From positions 186,001 to 250,000 of the forward strand of contig JAIVFI010000031.1 of NCBI GenBank assembly GCA_025558095.1: 64,000 nt of DNA, given 5' to 3'. Positions 25,331-35,502 of the stretch are shown here, piece by piece (position 1 is the first letter of the stretch; every line of letters begins with the position of its first letter). The position numbers were made by a program, and so were the translations under genes. The notes under the pieces were generated by a model that saw only the letters and a program-made list of their open reading frames with translations, was not told the DNA's origin and made no database searches. The DNA comes from Hyaloraphidium curvatum SAG 235-1 (Eukaryota; Fungi; Monoblepharomycota).

Positions 25331-26240
25331 ATGACAGCCAATGATGCCGACAAGCCCATCCTGCTCAACACCGGTGATAACATGGTCCAGTGGGACCGCA
25401 AGGCCCCCATCTACCTCAACAAGCTCGGGGTGTACGAGTACGTCGTCAACAACGTCCTCAGCCTCGACTGGCAGCTCGAGCAGGCTCGCAAGCGGGCCGC
25501 TGAGCGCGGCAACGCTCCAGGGCTGACCGACCGGCAGAGGGATGCCATCCTTATCGAGGAAGAGAAGGCCGCGCACGCGACCCTCACGGAACACAAGTTC
25601 AGGACGACGGCCGAAAAGGCCTACGGCGAGCTCATGTTGATGCTCGACGACGTCCTCCAGGAAGCATTCGACGAGCCCAAGACGGCCTACGACCTCTGGA
25701 TCGCGATTCACAAGAAGTTCAAGGTTGGAAAGGCGCGCCTGGTACACACGTCCCAGGTCCGCGTAAACAAGTGGCAGTGGGACGCTTCAAAGACTGTGGA
25801 CCGGAACTTCAACGAGCTGCTCAGCATCAAGTCAGAGAGGGCTGCGCACAAGAAACCGCTCTCAGACTACGACGTGGCCCTGATGGTGACATTCACCGAA
25901 GGTTTTCCGTTCGCGGAGCTCCAAGGATTCTGGGGCCGAATCATTGACGAGCTACCGCCCGGCTGGCGCTGCCGTTTGGAGGCCGGCTCCGGTGACCAGT
26001 GAGATCACCTGCCGCGAATGCGGCAAGCCGGGACACGTGGCATCGGCGTGCCCCGACAAGAAGTGCCACAATTGCAACGGCAAGGGGCACGTACAGCGCG
26101 AGTGCCCGTCACCGCCCCAGCAGCCGTACGCCATGCTGGCAGATGCCCAGATGGAACACAGCGAGGGTGAGAATCGGGGGGGGATCCTGGGCCGAGGTGC
26201 CCGCACCGCGAAGGGGCTGCGGTGCTCGGCGCTTGGTTGA
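25331..26240 (+). pseudogene. gag: Copia gag of element B with a 395-bp frameshifting deletion
   Basis: Near-identical to gag A but lacks the equivalent of 19455-19849 (junction at ~25951, AG microhomology). Confidence 0.9.
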
Positions 26241-27001
26241 AAAGGAGGGCCGCGGGCTCCGCGTCGCGAAGGGCCGAGGGCCAGACGCTTGAAGAAGAGG
26301 GCCGCGGGCTCTGCGTCACGAAGGGCCGAGGGCCAGACGCTTGAAGAAGAGGGCCGCGGGCCCCGCGTCGCGAAGGGCCGAGGGCCAGACGCTTGAAGAA
26401 GAGCGCCGCGAAGGGGCCGCGGGCCCGGCGTGTGGAGTGTGGGCCGCGGGCCCGGCGTCGCGAAGGGGCCCGTGTGCCCAGTGCCTGAGGCCGCGGTTGC
26501 CTGCCAGGAGGGGCCGCGGGCCCAGCGCTAGGTGTGGAGTTTGAGTGCGAGAAGTGACGGGACGCTGGGCACATCACCAGCCGCCGACGCGGGGGACCAG
26601 CGTCGGTGGCTGGTCGCGCACGAAACCTCGCACCCTCGTCCCATTTGATGCTGATCATCTTTCTCATCTTTCTCCTCCTTTCTCCTCTCGCCCATACTTG
26701 GTGCCATGCCTGCTCTTCCCTCCGATGCCGTTTCTTTTTGTTCATCCGGTAAGATGGCAGTGCCGCGAACGAAGGTAACTCACCCGCCCCGCACCCCGAT
26801 CGCTCTTCATCGCAGCATTGCCTGACAGCCTTTGGCTTCCTGGGATACGGCTCGATGCATGGTGACAGTGAGGGAGCCGATTTTGGCTATGTCGGCTACG
26901 ACCAAGAGTCCGGCGGCGGAGTGACTTACGGCGACGCCTTCGGAGCGACCTACGGCGACGGCTTCGACAACTGACTACGTAGCGGCGGGGAGGCCGCTGC
27001 G

Positions 27002-30000
27002 ATGCCGACCGTGACGGCCAACGCCGTTTCGGGGGAGGACATCGACGGCGGCATGGTACAAGCTCAACACGCTCGCGCATACATCAACCATATTCGAGCC
27101 AACAACTGTGATTCCTTCTTCGATTCTGGCGCGAGCCGCAACTCTACCAATACCCTAAGCGACCTGACCAAAGTCTACTCGATACCCAAGTTCGTTGTGC
27201 ATGGACTTACGGGGCCCGTGGAGGTGTCACAGGCTGGCACCATGTACGTGCGTTTTCGCACGAGCGGACCCGTTGTTCGGCTTGACAACGTTCTTTTCAT
27301 GCCGAGCACACCGCGCCACCTGTTTTCGGAAACGGCATTGGCCGCCGCCGGCGTTCGATCCAGGAACTGCTACCTGGCTGACAAGGAGATGCAGAAACAG
27401 CTATACCTCGTGGACGGCACGGAGCTGTGCGTTCTTCCTCAGCAAAACGGCGTATTCCCGATGCCGATCGAGGTCGTCAAACCGGGGTCAACGTCGCAGG
27501 CCATGTGGGGACTCACCGACGCGGATTTGATCCGACTGCGAGGGGTACGCATGTCACGCCTCTACGATCGCCACCTGTGGCATGCCCGATGTGCGCACGC
27601 TCACATTGAGCGCATCCGGATAGCGCAGAGGTCGGGTGCGGTGCTTGGCCTTGAGAACGTCGATCTGGGCCCCGAGTCGGAGGTTATCGAGTGCGATGTC
27701 TGCCTGCGCGCGAAGCTGACGACCGCGCCGTTCCGCCCCTCGATGCGTGAGCACGTCAAGGACGTCATGGATCTCTGGCACGTTGATCTCAAGGGCCCGG
27801 TCGATATCACTTCCGTGCACGGCGACCGCTACTGGATGGACGTCAAGGACGAGTGGTCGCAGCAGCTTTGGTCGATCCCCCTGAAGACCAAGGACGAAGC
27901 AGCACCTCTCCTTCAACACCTCATCGTGTGGGCCGAGACGCAGACTGGGAAACGCCTCAAGCACCTCCAGTCTGACCAGGGTACCGAGCTCGGGCGGTGG
28001 AACGCGCGGGAGCTGGGCTGGTTCCAGACCTGGTTACGTGAACGAGGCACTCACTTCCGGGTCTCCATACCCAATACGCCTCAACAGAACGCGGTACCCG
28101 AACGCGAGCATCGTTCCCAGGTCGAGGGGGTACTTGCGCTCTGCATCCAGGCTGACGTCGAGAAGCGTTTCTGGAACTATGCCCTCGCATACAAGACTGA
28201 GGTCCGCAACATGCTCCCAACGGTGAAGACGATGCAACGGGGCGCAAACGGAACGGTTACCACGCCGCATGAGCTATGGACAGGGACTAAACCCGACCTG
28301 TCACGCCTCCGCACGTTCGGGTCGGAGTGCTGGTACGGTATCCTCCCCAGCCAGCGCAAGGCTCTGGACGACCGTGCACACCGTGCGATCTTCCTCGGTT
28401 TCCCGAAGCACCTGAAGGCGTACACCTTGCTGGATCTAACCACAGGCAAGATCGTCCATGCGCGATCAGTGGTCTTCAACGAGCGCTATTCTAAACGTTC
28501 GCCCGGCTCCTTCCGCGACATTGATGCGCTGGGCAAGCATCGCCCTTTTGCTCTCGTACCTCCCCGCCTTCCTCATCGGCTCTCAAAGCCGGCGGATGCG
28601 GCAGTCGACGAAGACAGCGATGACGATCAGCGGACACCACCAAGGGATGCGGGGACGGGACTTCAGGAACCTGCTCAACGCAATGAGGCAGGAGAGGCGT
28701 ACGAGTGGGAGCTTCTTGAGGAAGAGATTGAGTACCCGCTCGACGTGGAGCAGGAGGCAACGGACGCTGGTGATGGCGATGAGCTGGGTGCTGCGCCGCA
28801 TCCCCTCGCTGGACCTGATGATGGTCTGCCAGACCCTCTCATCATGCCCTACGCCATGATCGCCACTCCGCTGACGTGCTCTCCTTCCTTCCGCTTCCCA
28901 GCCTTCGAGATGTGGCGCATACCAGGTGCCAGCGCCCCTGACCCAGACACGAGCCCGGTGACCCTGCTGTCGGTGCACGATGTCACCGTTCCGCGCACAT
29001 ACAACGAATCGCAGAGGTCACCGCATGCGGCTCAGTGGGAGGAAGCGCGGCAGGAGGAGAACAAGTCGATTCTTGAGATGGGTGTGGTCGAGGAGACGGA
29101 ACTACCCGCTGGTGACGAGGACAAGGTGGTGCCCTCGCACTACGTCTACGACGTCAAGAAGGACCAGAACAACAACGTTACGCGCTTCAAGGCACGCTTG
29201 GTGGCGGACGGAAACCGCCAGTCCGAGCAAACGTACTACGATACGTTCGCTGCCGTTCCTAACCAAGTTGTCTTCCGCCTCTTCCTCCTTCTTGTTGCCA
29301 CGCTGGGACTCCTCTGTGATCACTGGGACATCAAGACGGCGTTTCTGCATGCTCCACTGGACTACACTGTCTACATCAGACCGCCTCCGGGTTGGCGGTT
29401 CCTCAAGGAGTCTTCCTCGCGCACGGTGCTTCGCCTGCTAAAGAGTCTCTATGGATTACGGCAAGCGATGCGCTTGTTCCTTGCAATGCTTGATCATTTC
29501 CTCCGCCAGGCTGGATTCGTGAAGCTGGCCTCCGAGAGCTGTCTCTACGTGCGCTTCACGGCCGGCCGCATTATGATCATCTTTGTCTACGTCGACGACT
29601 TGCTGGTTGCTGCCACCTCACAACTGGAGATTGACGAGTTGTTTGGCAGCCTCAAGCAGCATTTCAACATCAACTCGCTGGGCTCTGTCACTTACTGCTT
29701 GGGCGTGCACATCCGTCGCGACACCGGCACCGGTACAATCTCGTTGTCGCAGACGGCGTACATCGACCGCGTCCTCCGCGAGTTTGGATTCACGCGTGAT
29801 GTTCCCAGCAAGGAGACGAAGTCTGCTCTCACGCCGATGCGACCGGATGCACTCCAGACGCTGCGCCCATTTGATCCCGCGGTGTTTGACAGCCTGCCGA
29901 CGAAGATCCAAGACGACGTCAAAAGTTTCAACTACAAGGGCCTGGTTGGATCTCTACTTTGGATCGCCATCACGACACGGCCAGATATTGCCTTTGCCGT

Positions 30001-30670
30001 GATCTTTCTTTCTCGCTTTGCCAACAGCTTCGGACCTCTTCACATCAAGGTGCTTCGAGATGTCTTACGCTACCTCCGCCGCACCCGTACCTATGGACTT
30101 GTTCTTGGCCGTCGTCCTGCGTCTGGCGATTGCTTGGATCTCTGTGCTTATGCAGATGCCGATTTTGCTGGCTGTGTGATGACCCGCAAGTCGACCACGG
30201 GTCTCGTCATCCTCATGGGTGCTTCCAGTATTGCTTGGCTGACCAAGCGGCAATCCATCGTTGCACAGTCTACTACGGAAGCCGAGTATGTTGCTATGGC
30301 GCATGCAGTTCGCAACATTCTCTGGCTGCGCTCCATCCTGCAGGAACTTGGCTTTGCGTGGACGACACCTACGCGACTTTTCGAGGACAACATGTCTGCT
30401 GAACAACTCGCTCGTGATCCTAAGTTTCACGAGCGGACGAAGCACATCGATATCAAGTACCACCTGGTTTGCGACACTGTGCAAAATGGAACGATTGAGA
30501 CTGCACGGGTGGTGTCAGACGACAACCTTGGGGACGGCTTTACCAAGCCTCTAGCTCCGGCCCTTTTTGAACTTTTCCGTGCGCGCATTGGTGTTGTTGA
30601 CCTTGATACGGGTTCGGCTGAGGCCAGCGTTCTCTGCGAGCCGGACCCTGCCGGGAATCTCTGCCCGTGA
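27002..30670 (+). CDS. pol: Intact copia Pol (PR-INT-RT-RH), 1222 aa from the first ATG
   Basis: Uninterrupted ORF with all catalytic motifs; integrase precedes RT, which defines Ty1/copia. Confidence 0.96.
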   Translation: MPTVTANAVSGEDIDGGMVQAQHARAYINHIRANNCDSFFDSGASRNSTNTLSDLTKVYSIPKFVVHGLTGPVEVSQAGTMYVRFRTSGPVVRLDNVLFMPSTPRHLFSETALAAAGVRSRNCYLADKEMQKQLYLVDGTELCVLPQQNGVFPMPIEVVKPGSTSQAMWGLTDADLIRLRGVRMSRLYDRHLWHARCAHAHIERIRIAQRSGAVLGLENVDLGPESEVIECDVCLRAKLTTAPFRPSMREHVKDVMDLWHVDLKGPVDITSVHGDRYWMDVKDEWSQQLWSIPLKTKDEAAPLLQHLIVWAETQTGKRLKHLQSDQGTELGRWNARELGWFQTWLRERGTHFRVSIPNTPQQNAVPEREHRSQVEGVLALCIQADVEKRFWNYALAYKTEVRNMLPTVKTMQRGANGTVTTPHELWTGTKPDLSRLRTFGSECWYGILPSQRKALDDRAHRAIFLGFPKHLKAYTLLDLTTGKIVHARSVVFNERYSKRSPGSFRDIDALGKHRPFALVPPRLPHRLSKPADAAVDEDSDDDQRTPPRDAGTGLQEPAQRNEAGEAYEWELLEEEIEYPLDVEQEATDAGDGDELGAAPHPLAGPDDGLPDPLIMPYAMIATPLTCSPSFRFPAFEMWRIPGASAPDPDTSPVTLLSVHDVTVPRTYNESQRSPHAAQWEEARQEENKSILEMGVVEETELPAGDEDKVVPSHYVYDVKKDQNNNVTRFKARLVADGNRQSEQTYYDTFAAVPNQVVFRLFLLLVATLGLLCDHWDIKTAFLHAPLDYTVYIRPPPGWRFLKESSSRTVLRLLKSLYGLRQAMRLFLAMLDHFLRQAGFVKLASESCLYVRFTAGRIMIIFVYVDDLLVAATSQLEIDELFGSLKQHFNINSLGSVTYCLGVHIRRDTGTGTISLSQTAYIDRVLREFGFTRDVPSKETKSALTPMRPDALQTLRPFDPAVFDSLPTKIQDDVKSFNYKGLVGSLLWIAITTRPDIAFAVIFLSRFANSFGPLHIKVLRDVLRYLRRTRTYGLVLGRRPASGDCLDLCAYADADFAGCVMTRKSTTGLVILMGASSIAWLTKRQSIVAQSTTEAEYVAMAHAVRNILWLRSILQELGFAWTTPTRLFEDNMSAEQLARDPKFHERTKHIDIKYHLVCDTVQNGTIETARVVSDDNLGDGFTKPLAPALFELFRARIGVVDLDTGSAEASVLCEPDPAGNLCP

Positions 30671-30836
30671 TGAGCCTGAGGCTAGCGGGCAGCCGTTCCT
30701 TGGCTTCTGGGGGAGTCACCCCTACGTGTACCTCTGGATTGTATTGTTTCTTGTACTTTCTTTGCATGTATGGTCTCTGGGGGAGCTTTTTTGTACGGCG
30801 ATTGGATCGCCCGGTCTTGGGGGGAGGTGTCATCAG

Positions 30837-31272
30837 GGAGCCTGGCCTAGGCAGCCCAAGGAGCTCAATCCCGGGGCGTGGAGGAGCATGCGGTGGGGGA
30901 CTCCACTCGATCCACTCGCCTCCAAATGGGGGAGTGTTGCTGGCGATGGATGGATGTGTTTGGAGCCGTTGGATCGAGTTGGAGCCTGGCCTAGGCAGCC
31001 CAAGGAGCTCAATCCCGGGGCGTGGAGGAGCATGCGGTGGGGGACTCCACTCGATCCACTCGCCTCCAAATGGGGGAGTGTTGCTGGCGATGGATGGATG
31101 TGTTTGGAGCCGTTGGATCGAGTTGGAGCCTGGCCTAGGCAGCCCAAGGAGCTCAATCCCGGGGCGTGGAGGAGCATGCGGTGGGGGACTCCACTCGATC
31201 CACTCGCCTCCAAATGGGGGAGTGTTGCTGGCGATGGATGGATGTGTTTGGAGCCGTTGGATCGAGTTGGAG
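30837..31272 (+). repeat. 144-bp tandem triplication spanning the 3' UTR, polypurine tract and LTR start
   Basis: Units start at 30837, 30981 and 31125; LTR starts (TGTTG) occur at 30935, 31079 and 31223. Confidence 0.95.
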
Positions 31273-31438
31273 TTGGCCTTGGAGTTGGATGTTGGACTTG
31301 GATGAATGGGTGGATCTTGGCTAGACAATAACCTAGGAGGGCGGCTCTAAGAAAAGGGAGAATAACACAACAAACACCAGGAACGCCACCTGCTTCATCC
31401 GCACCTGTCTCTGGGCGCCTGTGACCAAGGGTCTTTGA
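31223..31438 (+). repeat. Copia 3' LTR (A-type allele)
   Basis: One visible mismatch to the 18556 LTR (GATGAATGG versus GATGGATGG); followed by TSD CGACC. Confidence 0.95.
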
Positions 31439-32550
31439 CGACCACATCTCGTCCTGCGTGACTATGTCCTTCGTTGGCGTCGGCGGTATGTACGCCCCCA
31501 GCACGTTCACTCCGCCGACTTGGATCTGCACAACGTCCAGGATCGGGTCCAAGTCTGTCCGTACGGTGTGCGGTAGCTCCTTTCGCACAAAGACCGTCAA
31601 CCCTCCTCCACCATGCTCCGAGCAGCTCTTCTCATAAACCTCGAACGTTTCCAGTACCACGGCAACCTCTGCGCGGATGTCGTTGTTGCTCATATGCTCC
31701 TCCCAAGTCCGCTTCTCGCCTTTGCCCGTCCACCTTGCTTCAGCGAAAACGACGATATCGTACTCTACAATGTGTAGCAGCAGCTCACGTATAAAGAGGC
31801 TCTTCTCGAGCTTCTGCTCGACGTTTTGGTAAAGTATCTTAAGGCATGTCCGAGTCTCGCTTTCCTAGCCGCGCGCAAGACGCTCTCCAGCGTTCGCGCG
31901 TGCAGTCTGGCGCGTCTCCCAAAGCTCGCGCGACTTTGCTTCAATCTTTTCCATGGTGAGCGTCGTTTCCAGGCCTGTTTCCGGCGGCGTGTATACGATC
32001 TTCGGGCCGTCGCGGCGGAAGGGAATCCCATCCTTCTCCATCTGCTGGACCAGGTGGTACTGCGCAGTAGACCGGTTCTTCTGCATCCACGTCTTCTCGC
32101 GGCTCGCGTACGCAGCCAGGTGCTTCAGGGCTCCAGCCTCGTTGAGCCGAATGAGCGTCTCGCGGTCCTCCTCGGTCGAGAACATGAGCTGGAGGTCAAA
32201 GGTGCGATTTCCCGTGAGGTACCACTTTTCCACCACGATCTCCTTGAGCGCATCGGTCCGCTGAACGAGCGCCTCACGGTCCTTGTGGTCGTGCGGCAGG
32301 TTGAGGGCGCAGCGCTTGAGGAGGTCACGGGCGCCTTCTCCGGTCTTCGCACTTTCGGGCGCCCGGCGGATCCTCCCTTTGCACGCGAGCGTCTCCTTTA
32401 TGGCACGCTCTTGATCGCGCTCTTCGGGCGTTTGTGGTCCGACGGCCCAAGGGTCCGGCTCAGCAATAGGAGCGGCGGTAGTCGGCCTCCGCGGGCCCCT
32501 CTTCCGAGTTGTGGTCCACCCCGTTCCCGCGGGCGCTTCTTCGGCGAGCA
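31439..32550 (-). mobile_element. 5' part of the LINE: ORF1 C-terminal portion (31865-32550) and APE N-half
   Basis: LKILYQNVEQKL...YDIVVFAE...GGGLTVFVRKEL...VLGAYIPP...DEMWS. It joins RFSG-IVAGCDMPIVIGDLN in frame once the two insertions are removed. Confidence 0.88.
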
Positions 32551-32631
32551 GTTTCGCATTATTGCGAGGAAGTGGAAGTCGCACGGCACGGGCTTGCAGT
32601 GCGGCTTGTTCTCCTTCGCAGCTGACATCTC

Positions 32632-32675
32632 GCATTCAGCGCATTCAGCGCATTCAGCGCATTCAGCGCATCAGC
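32632..32675 (+). repeat. 9-bp tandem repeat (GCATTCAGC)x4 plus a partial copy
   Basis: Directly visible; probably the leader of the second copia family. Confidence 0.85.
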
Positions 32676-33093
32676 GCACCGCCAAAGAGGCTATTCGCGA
32701 TGGAAACATCGCTGGTCCGCGATGCCAAAGTCGAGATCCTGGCATTTCAGGGCGGCAATTGGGTCAAGTGGTTGCCGAAGGCTGAACAGTTCATCCGCAT
32801 GGCCAAACTGGGGCCCTTCCTCAAGAGCAACAACAGGCCTCAGCACATGAAGGAAGGAGAGTTCGAGATTGCTGTCAGCCAGGCAAAGGGATACCTGCAG
32901 ATGCTCACGGACCCGAGCTGGCACAAGGACATTGAGAGCCGCACCCCGGCCGACTTCTGGACATGGATCCAGCAGAGATGCCAACAACTGTTGAACAACT
33001 CAATCCGAATGAATGCCGCATGGCAAGGTCCAAGATTCAGCGCTGGGAGTGGAACCCGGAAGTCGATTCCAAAGCGAACGCGAAGGACTTCCT

Positions 33094-33727
33094 TGTGGGA
33101 GAAGGACACTTTCTCATGGCCCAAGGAGACTGTGGAGAATCTTGTGAAGGGCAAGTTCAGGGAGATCAATGCCCAGAGGCTCAAGGACAACGACAAACTG
33201 CACTTTTGGAGGATGTGTGACATGACCTTTGGCCACATCGGACCATCCCTAATCCGGGTGGAGAAGCACCGGAGGGACGTCCAGAAGCTGCTCTGCTCTA
33301 CCCACGACCTGGAGGTGGAGACAGGCAGGCACCAAGGACTTGAGGTGCAGCAGAGAACGTGCAAGCATGACCCTGAGCACATTGGAGACGAACAACACTT
33401 TCTGTTTCACTGTTCAGCAAATGCGGAGCGGCGCCAGAAGCTGCAGACTAGATTGGAAGCACTAGGCCGCGAGTGGAACATGGAGACCTGGCTCTGGGCT
33501 CTTAGCATCAAGGAGTTCGAGCCCACGATCAAAGCGAGGCGGCAGAAGGAGAAGGCCCTCAACTCCATTGCCAGCTTCATCTCAAAGTCCATGAAGGACA
33601 GGAAAACTGGGAAAATGAAAAAGACACACGACGACGATGAACTTTGCAATTAGCAGCAAACTCATGGTGTAACAGCGGCCAAGCCAGGGGCAGGTCCGGG
33701 TCACCAATACTATTCTATTCTTTCCTA
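33094..33727 (+). mobile_element. 5'-truncated LINE copy inserted in the second-family gag
   Basis: Near-identical to the reverse complement of 14087-14709. TSD TTCCT at 33089-33093 and 33728-33732; removal restores KDFL-AKVQ in frame. Confidence 0.92.
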
Positions 33728-34469
33728 TTCCTCGCGAAGGTGCAACTACAGGCGGAGATCGTCGGATCTCCCATTTCGGACAAGGGACAGCTCGACATCC
33801 TCCTTGACGCGCAGGCGCGTGTTCCTGTCAAGTACATGTACCAGTTGCAGACCTTCTCCACGAGGATGAAGGCGCCAGGCGCGTTCGATGCGAACGAAAG
33901 GAATGCCGCGGGCGATTGCACGGCAAAGGCCCTGTTCAATGAGATACACCAAGCAGACGAACGAATGAAGCTCGAGACACGTTAAGACGCGTACTCCAAG
34001 CCGTTTGTGGGCCTCGGTCTCGCCGCGCGGGGAGGATTCACCCGCGGGCAGGGGAGCTTCCGGGGCGCGTTTCAAGCCACCCGCACAACAGAACGAAGTG
34101 AAAGACGCGTCTCGCCATACTTTGACGGCCAGTGTTCCAACTGTGGGAAGCGTGGCCACCGTGACACGGATTGCTGGAGCGCCCCAGGCGGAAATCGCGG
34201 CCGCGGCCGCGGCACCAGCCGCAGCAACAAGTTCCGCTTCACTGACTCGAAGGGAAGGCACTTCACGGCGGAAAGAGGAAATCACCGCGGACGATGAAGG
34301 TGAGAGTAAAGCTAGATGGAAGGGCCTGACTATGATCGGATGTGAACCTTTACAGAACCCAACGAAGGCCGGACAATGAGCTGCATAGAGATGTGTCAGA
34401 CATTGTGAGAGTCCTGGGAGCCCTTGAAATGAGAGGTGCACGAAGAATCATCGGAGAAAGAGATGAGAA

Positions 34470-34830
34470 GAGACCATGCATGGGAGCACCAGATGGTCCG
34501 ACCGCGCGAGAACTCGGCGAGGAGCACGAGAGAGAAAGAGAAAGATGTCCTGCACGGGAGAACCGGCAGAGCAGAGAAAGGAGATGGCCTGCACGGGAGC
34601 ACCGGCAGAGCGAAGGAAGAGAGATGGCCTGCACGGGAGCACCGGCAGAGCAGAGGAAGAGAGATCACCTGCACGGGAGCACCGGCAGAGCAGAGAAGGA
34701 GAGATCGCCTGCACGGGAGCACCAGCAGAGCAGAGAACGAGAAAAGGCCCGCACAGGAGCACCGGCGGAGTGAGAAAGAAAGACCATGCGTGGGAGAACC
34801 ACGATGGCCCGCATGGGAGTACCAGCGGGA
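34470..34830 (+). repeat. ~38-41 bp purine-rich tandem repeat array
   Basis: CCTGCACGGGAGCACCGGCAGAGCAGAG... repeated about 6 times with degenerate flanking units. Confidence 0.9.
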
Positions 34831-35358
34831 AGACCAGGGGTGGGAGTACCATTGACCATGGCCTGTCGGTTGCCCCGACAGATCGTGAAAGCCAAGTGGA
34901 TGAGAGCCTCATCATAAAATGATTGGGCTGCCAAGTAGTTGCTCACACTGAGACCAGCTTACTAATGTTTTCTACACTTTTCCTCGCAGCACCAAACTCG
35001 AGTCTGGGTTCATGATCTAGAGCTTTGGGGGAAGGATGGAGTTGCCCCAAAGGACAATCTCTGGGGAACACAGGAGCTGCTTTTGGGAAAGGCAACAACA
35101 TGCTCCAAAAGGACATTTTCTGAACACTGAGAGACTACCACAGTCTCTGAAACAATTCCTTGATCAAAGTGGACTTCTCCAGCAGCTTGTGAGCTGCTCA
35201 GTCAACCAAACACACCACAGATTGCTGTGCCCGATGCGCAAATCTGCGGCACTCTGGACAGTTTCTGCAGAGGTGGATTTGGTCGGGTATGCCATGCTGC
35301 TACGGTGCTACAACCTCTAGGAGGTTGGGGGGAGGAGTTGGTCCCGCTTCGGGGGGAG

Positions 35359-35502
35359 TGTTGTGACGGGGCTGCTTTAGCCAGCAGCTCGTAGGGAAGC
35401 GGTCCCAACTCCAATCACAACGCAACGGAATTCCCCACACCAGGGCCACGGCATCCTCACGTCCAGTCCAGCTAGAGGCCGGACGAGCCGTCCGTCACAA
35501 CA
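35359..35502 (+). repeat. 144-bp LTR of the second family
   Basis: Perfect 11-bp terminal inverted repeats TGTTGTGACGG...CCGTCACAACA directly after a polypurine tract. Only one copy lies in the window. Confidence 0.8.

Larger units (their letters stand above)
18556..31438 (+). mobile_element. Composite Ty1/copia locus: element A with nested element B and an internal inversion
   Basis: Outer TSD CGACC at 18551-18555 and 31439-31443. Four 216-bp LTRs. Inner target duplication AGGAG (22588-22592) and its inverted copy CTCCT (25048-25052). Confidence 0.95.
32700..35502 (+). mobile_element. Second copia-like family: decayed gag-only element with polypurine tract and 3' LTR
   Basis: Gag METSLV...FQGGNWVKW...AKGYLQML...PADFWTWI / ARSKIQRWEWNP...DFL-AKVQ..., knuckle CSNCGKRGHRDTDC, a frameshift and an internal TAA. 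No pol. Tract GGGGGGAG at 35351-35358. Confidence 0.75.

Noticed and set aside
25945-25955. The 395-bp gag deletion in copy B as a retro-copied splicing event
   Set aside because: The deleted segment does not begin with GT or GC in any register; AG microhomology points to RT template switching or repair.
30665-30720. SECIS-like hairpin (ATGA...GA) just after the copia pol stop, which would suggest Sec decoding of the gag-pol UGA
   Set aside because: It lacks the apical AA motif, the lower helix differs between the two copies, and UGA-CUA readthrough is a simpler explanation. SECISearch3 would settle it.
30540-31693. ORFs with perfect 48-aa repeats in several frames
   Set aside because: They are by-products of the 144-bp triplication of non-coding tract and LTR DNA.
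32511-33653. 380-aa ORF that looks like a Gag-LINE fusion protein
   Set aside because: It is a chance in-frame join produced by a frameshifted gag and a TSD-flanked truncated LINE insertion.
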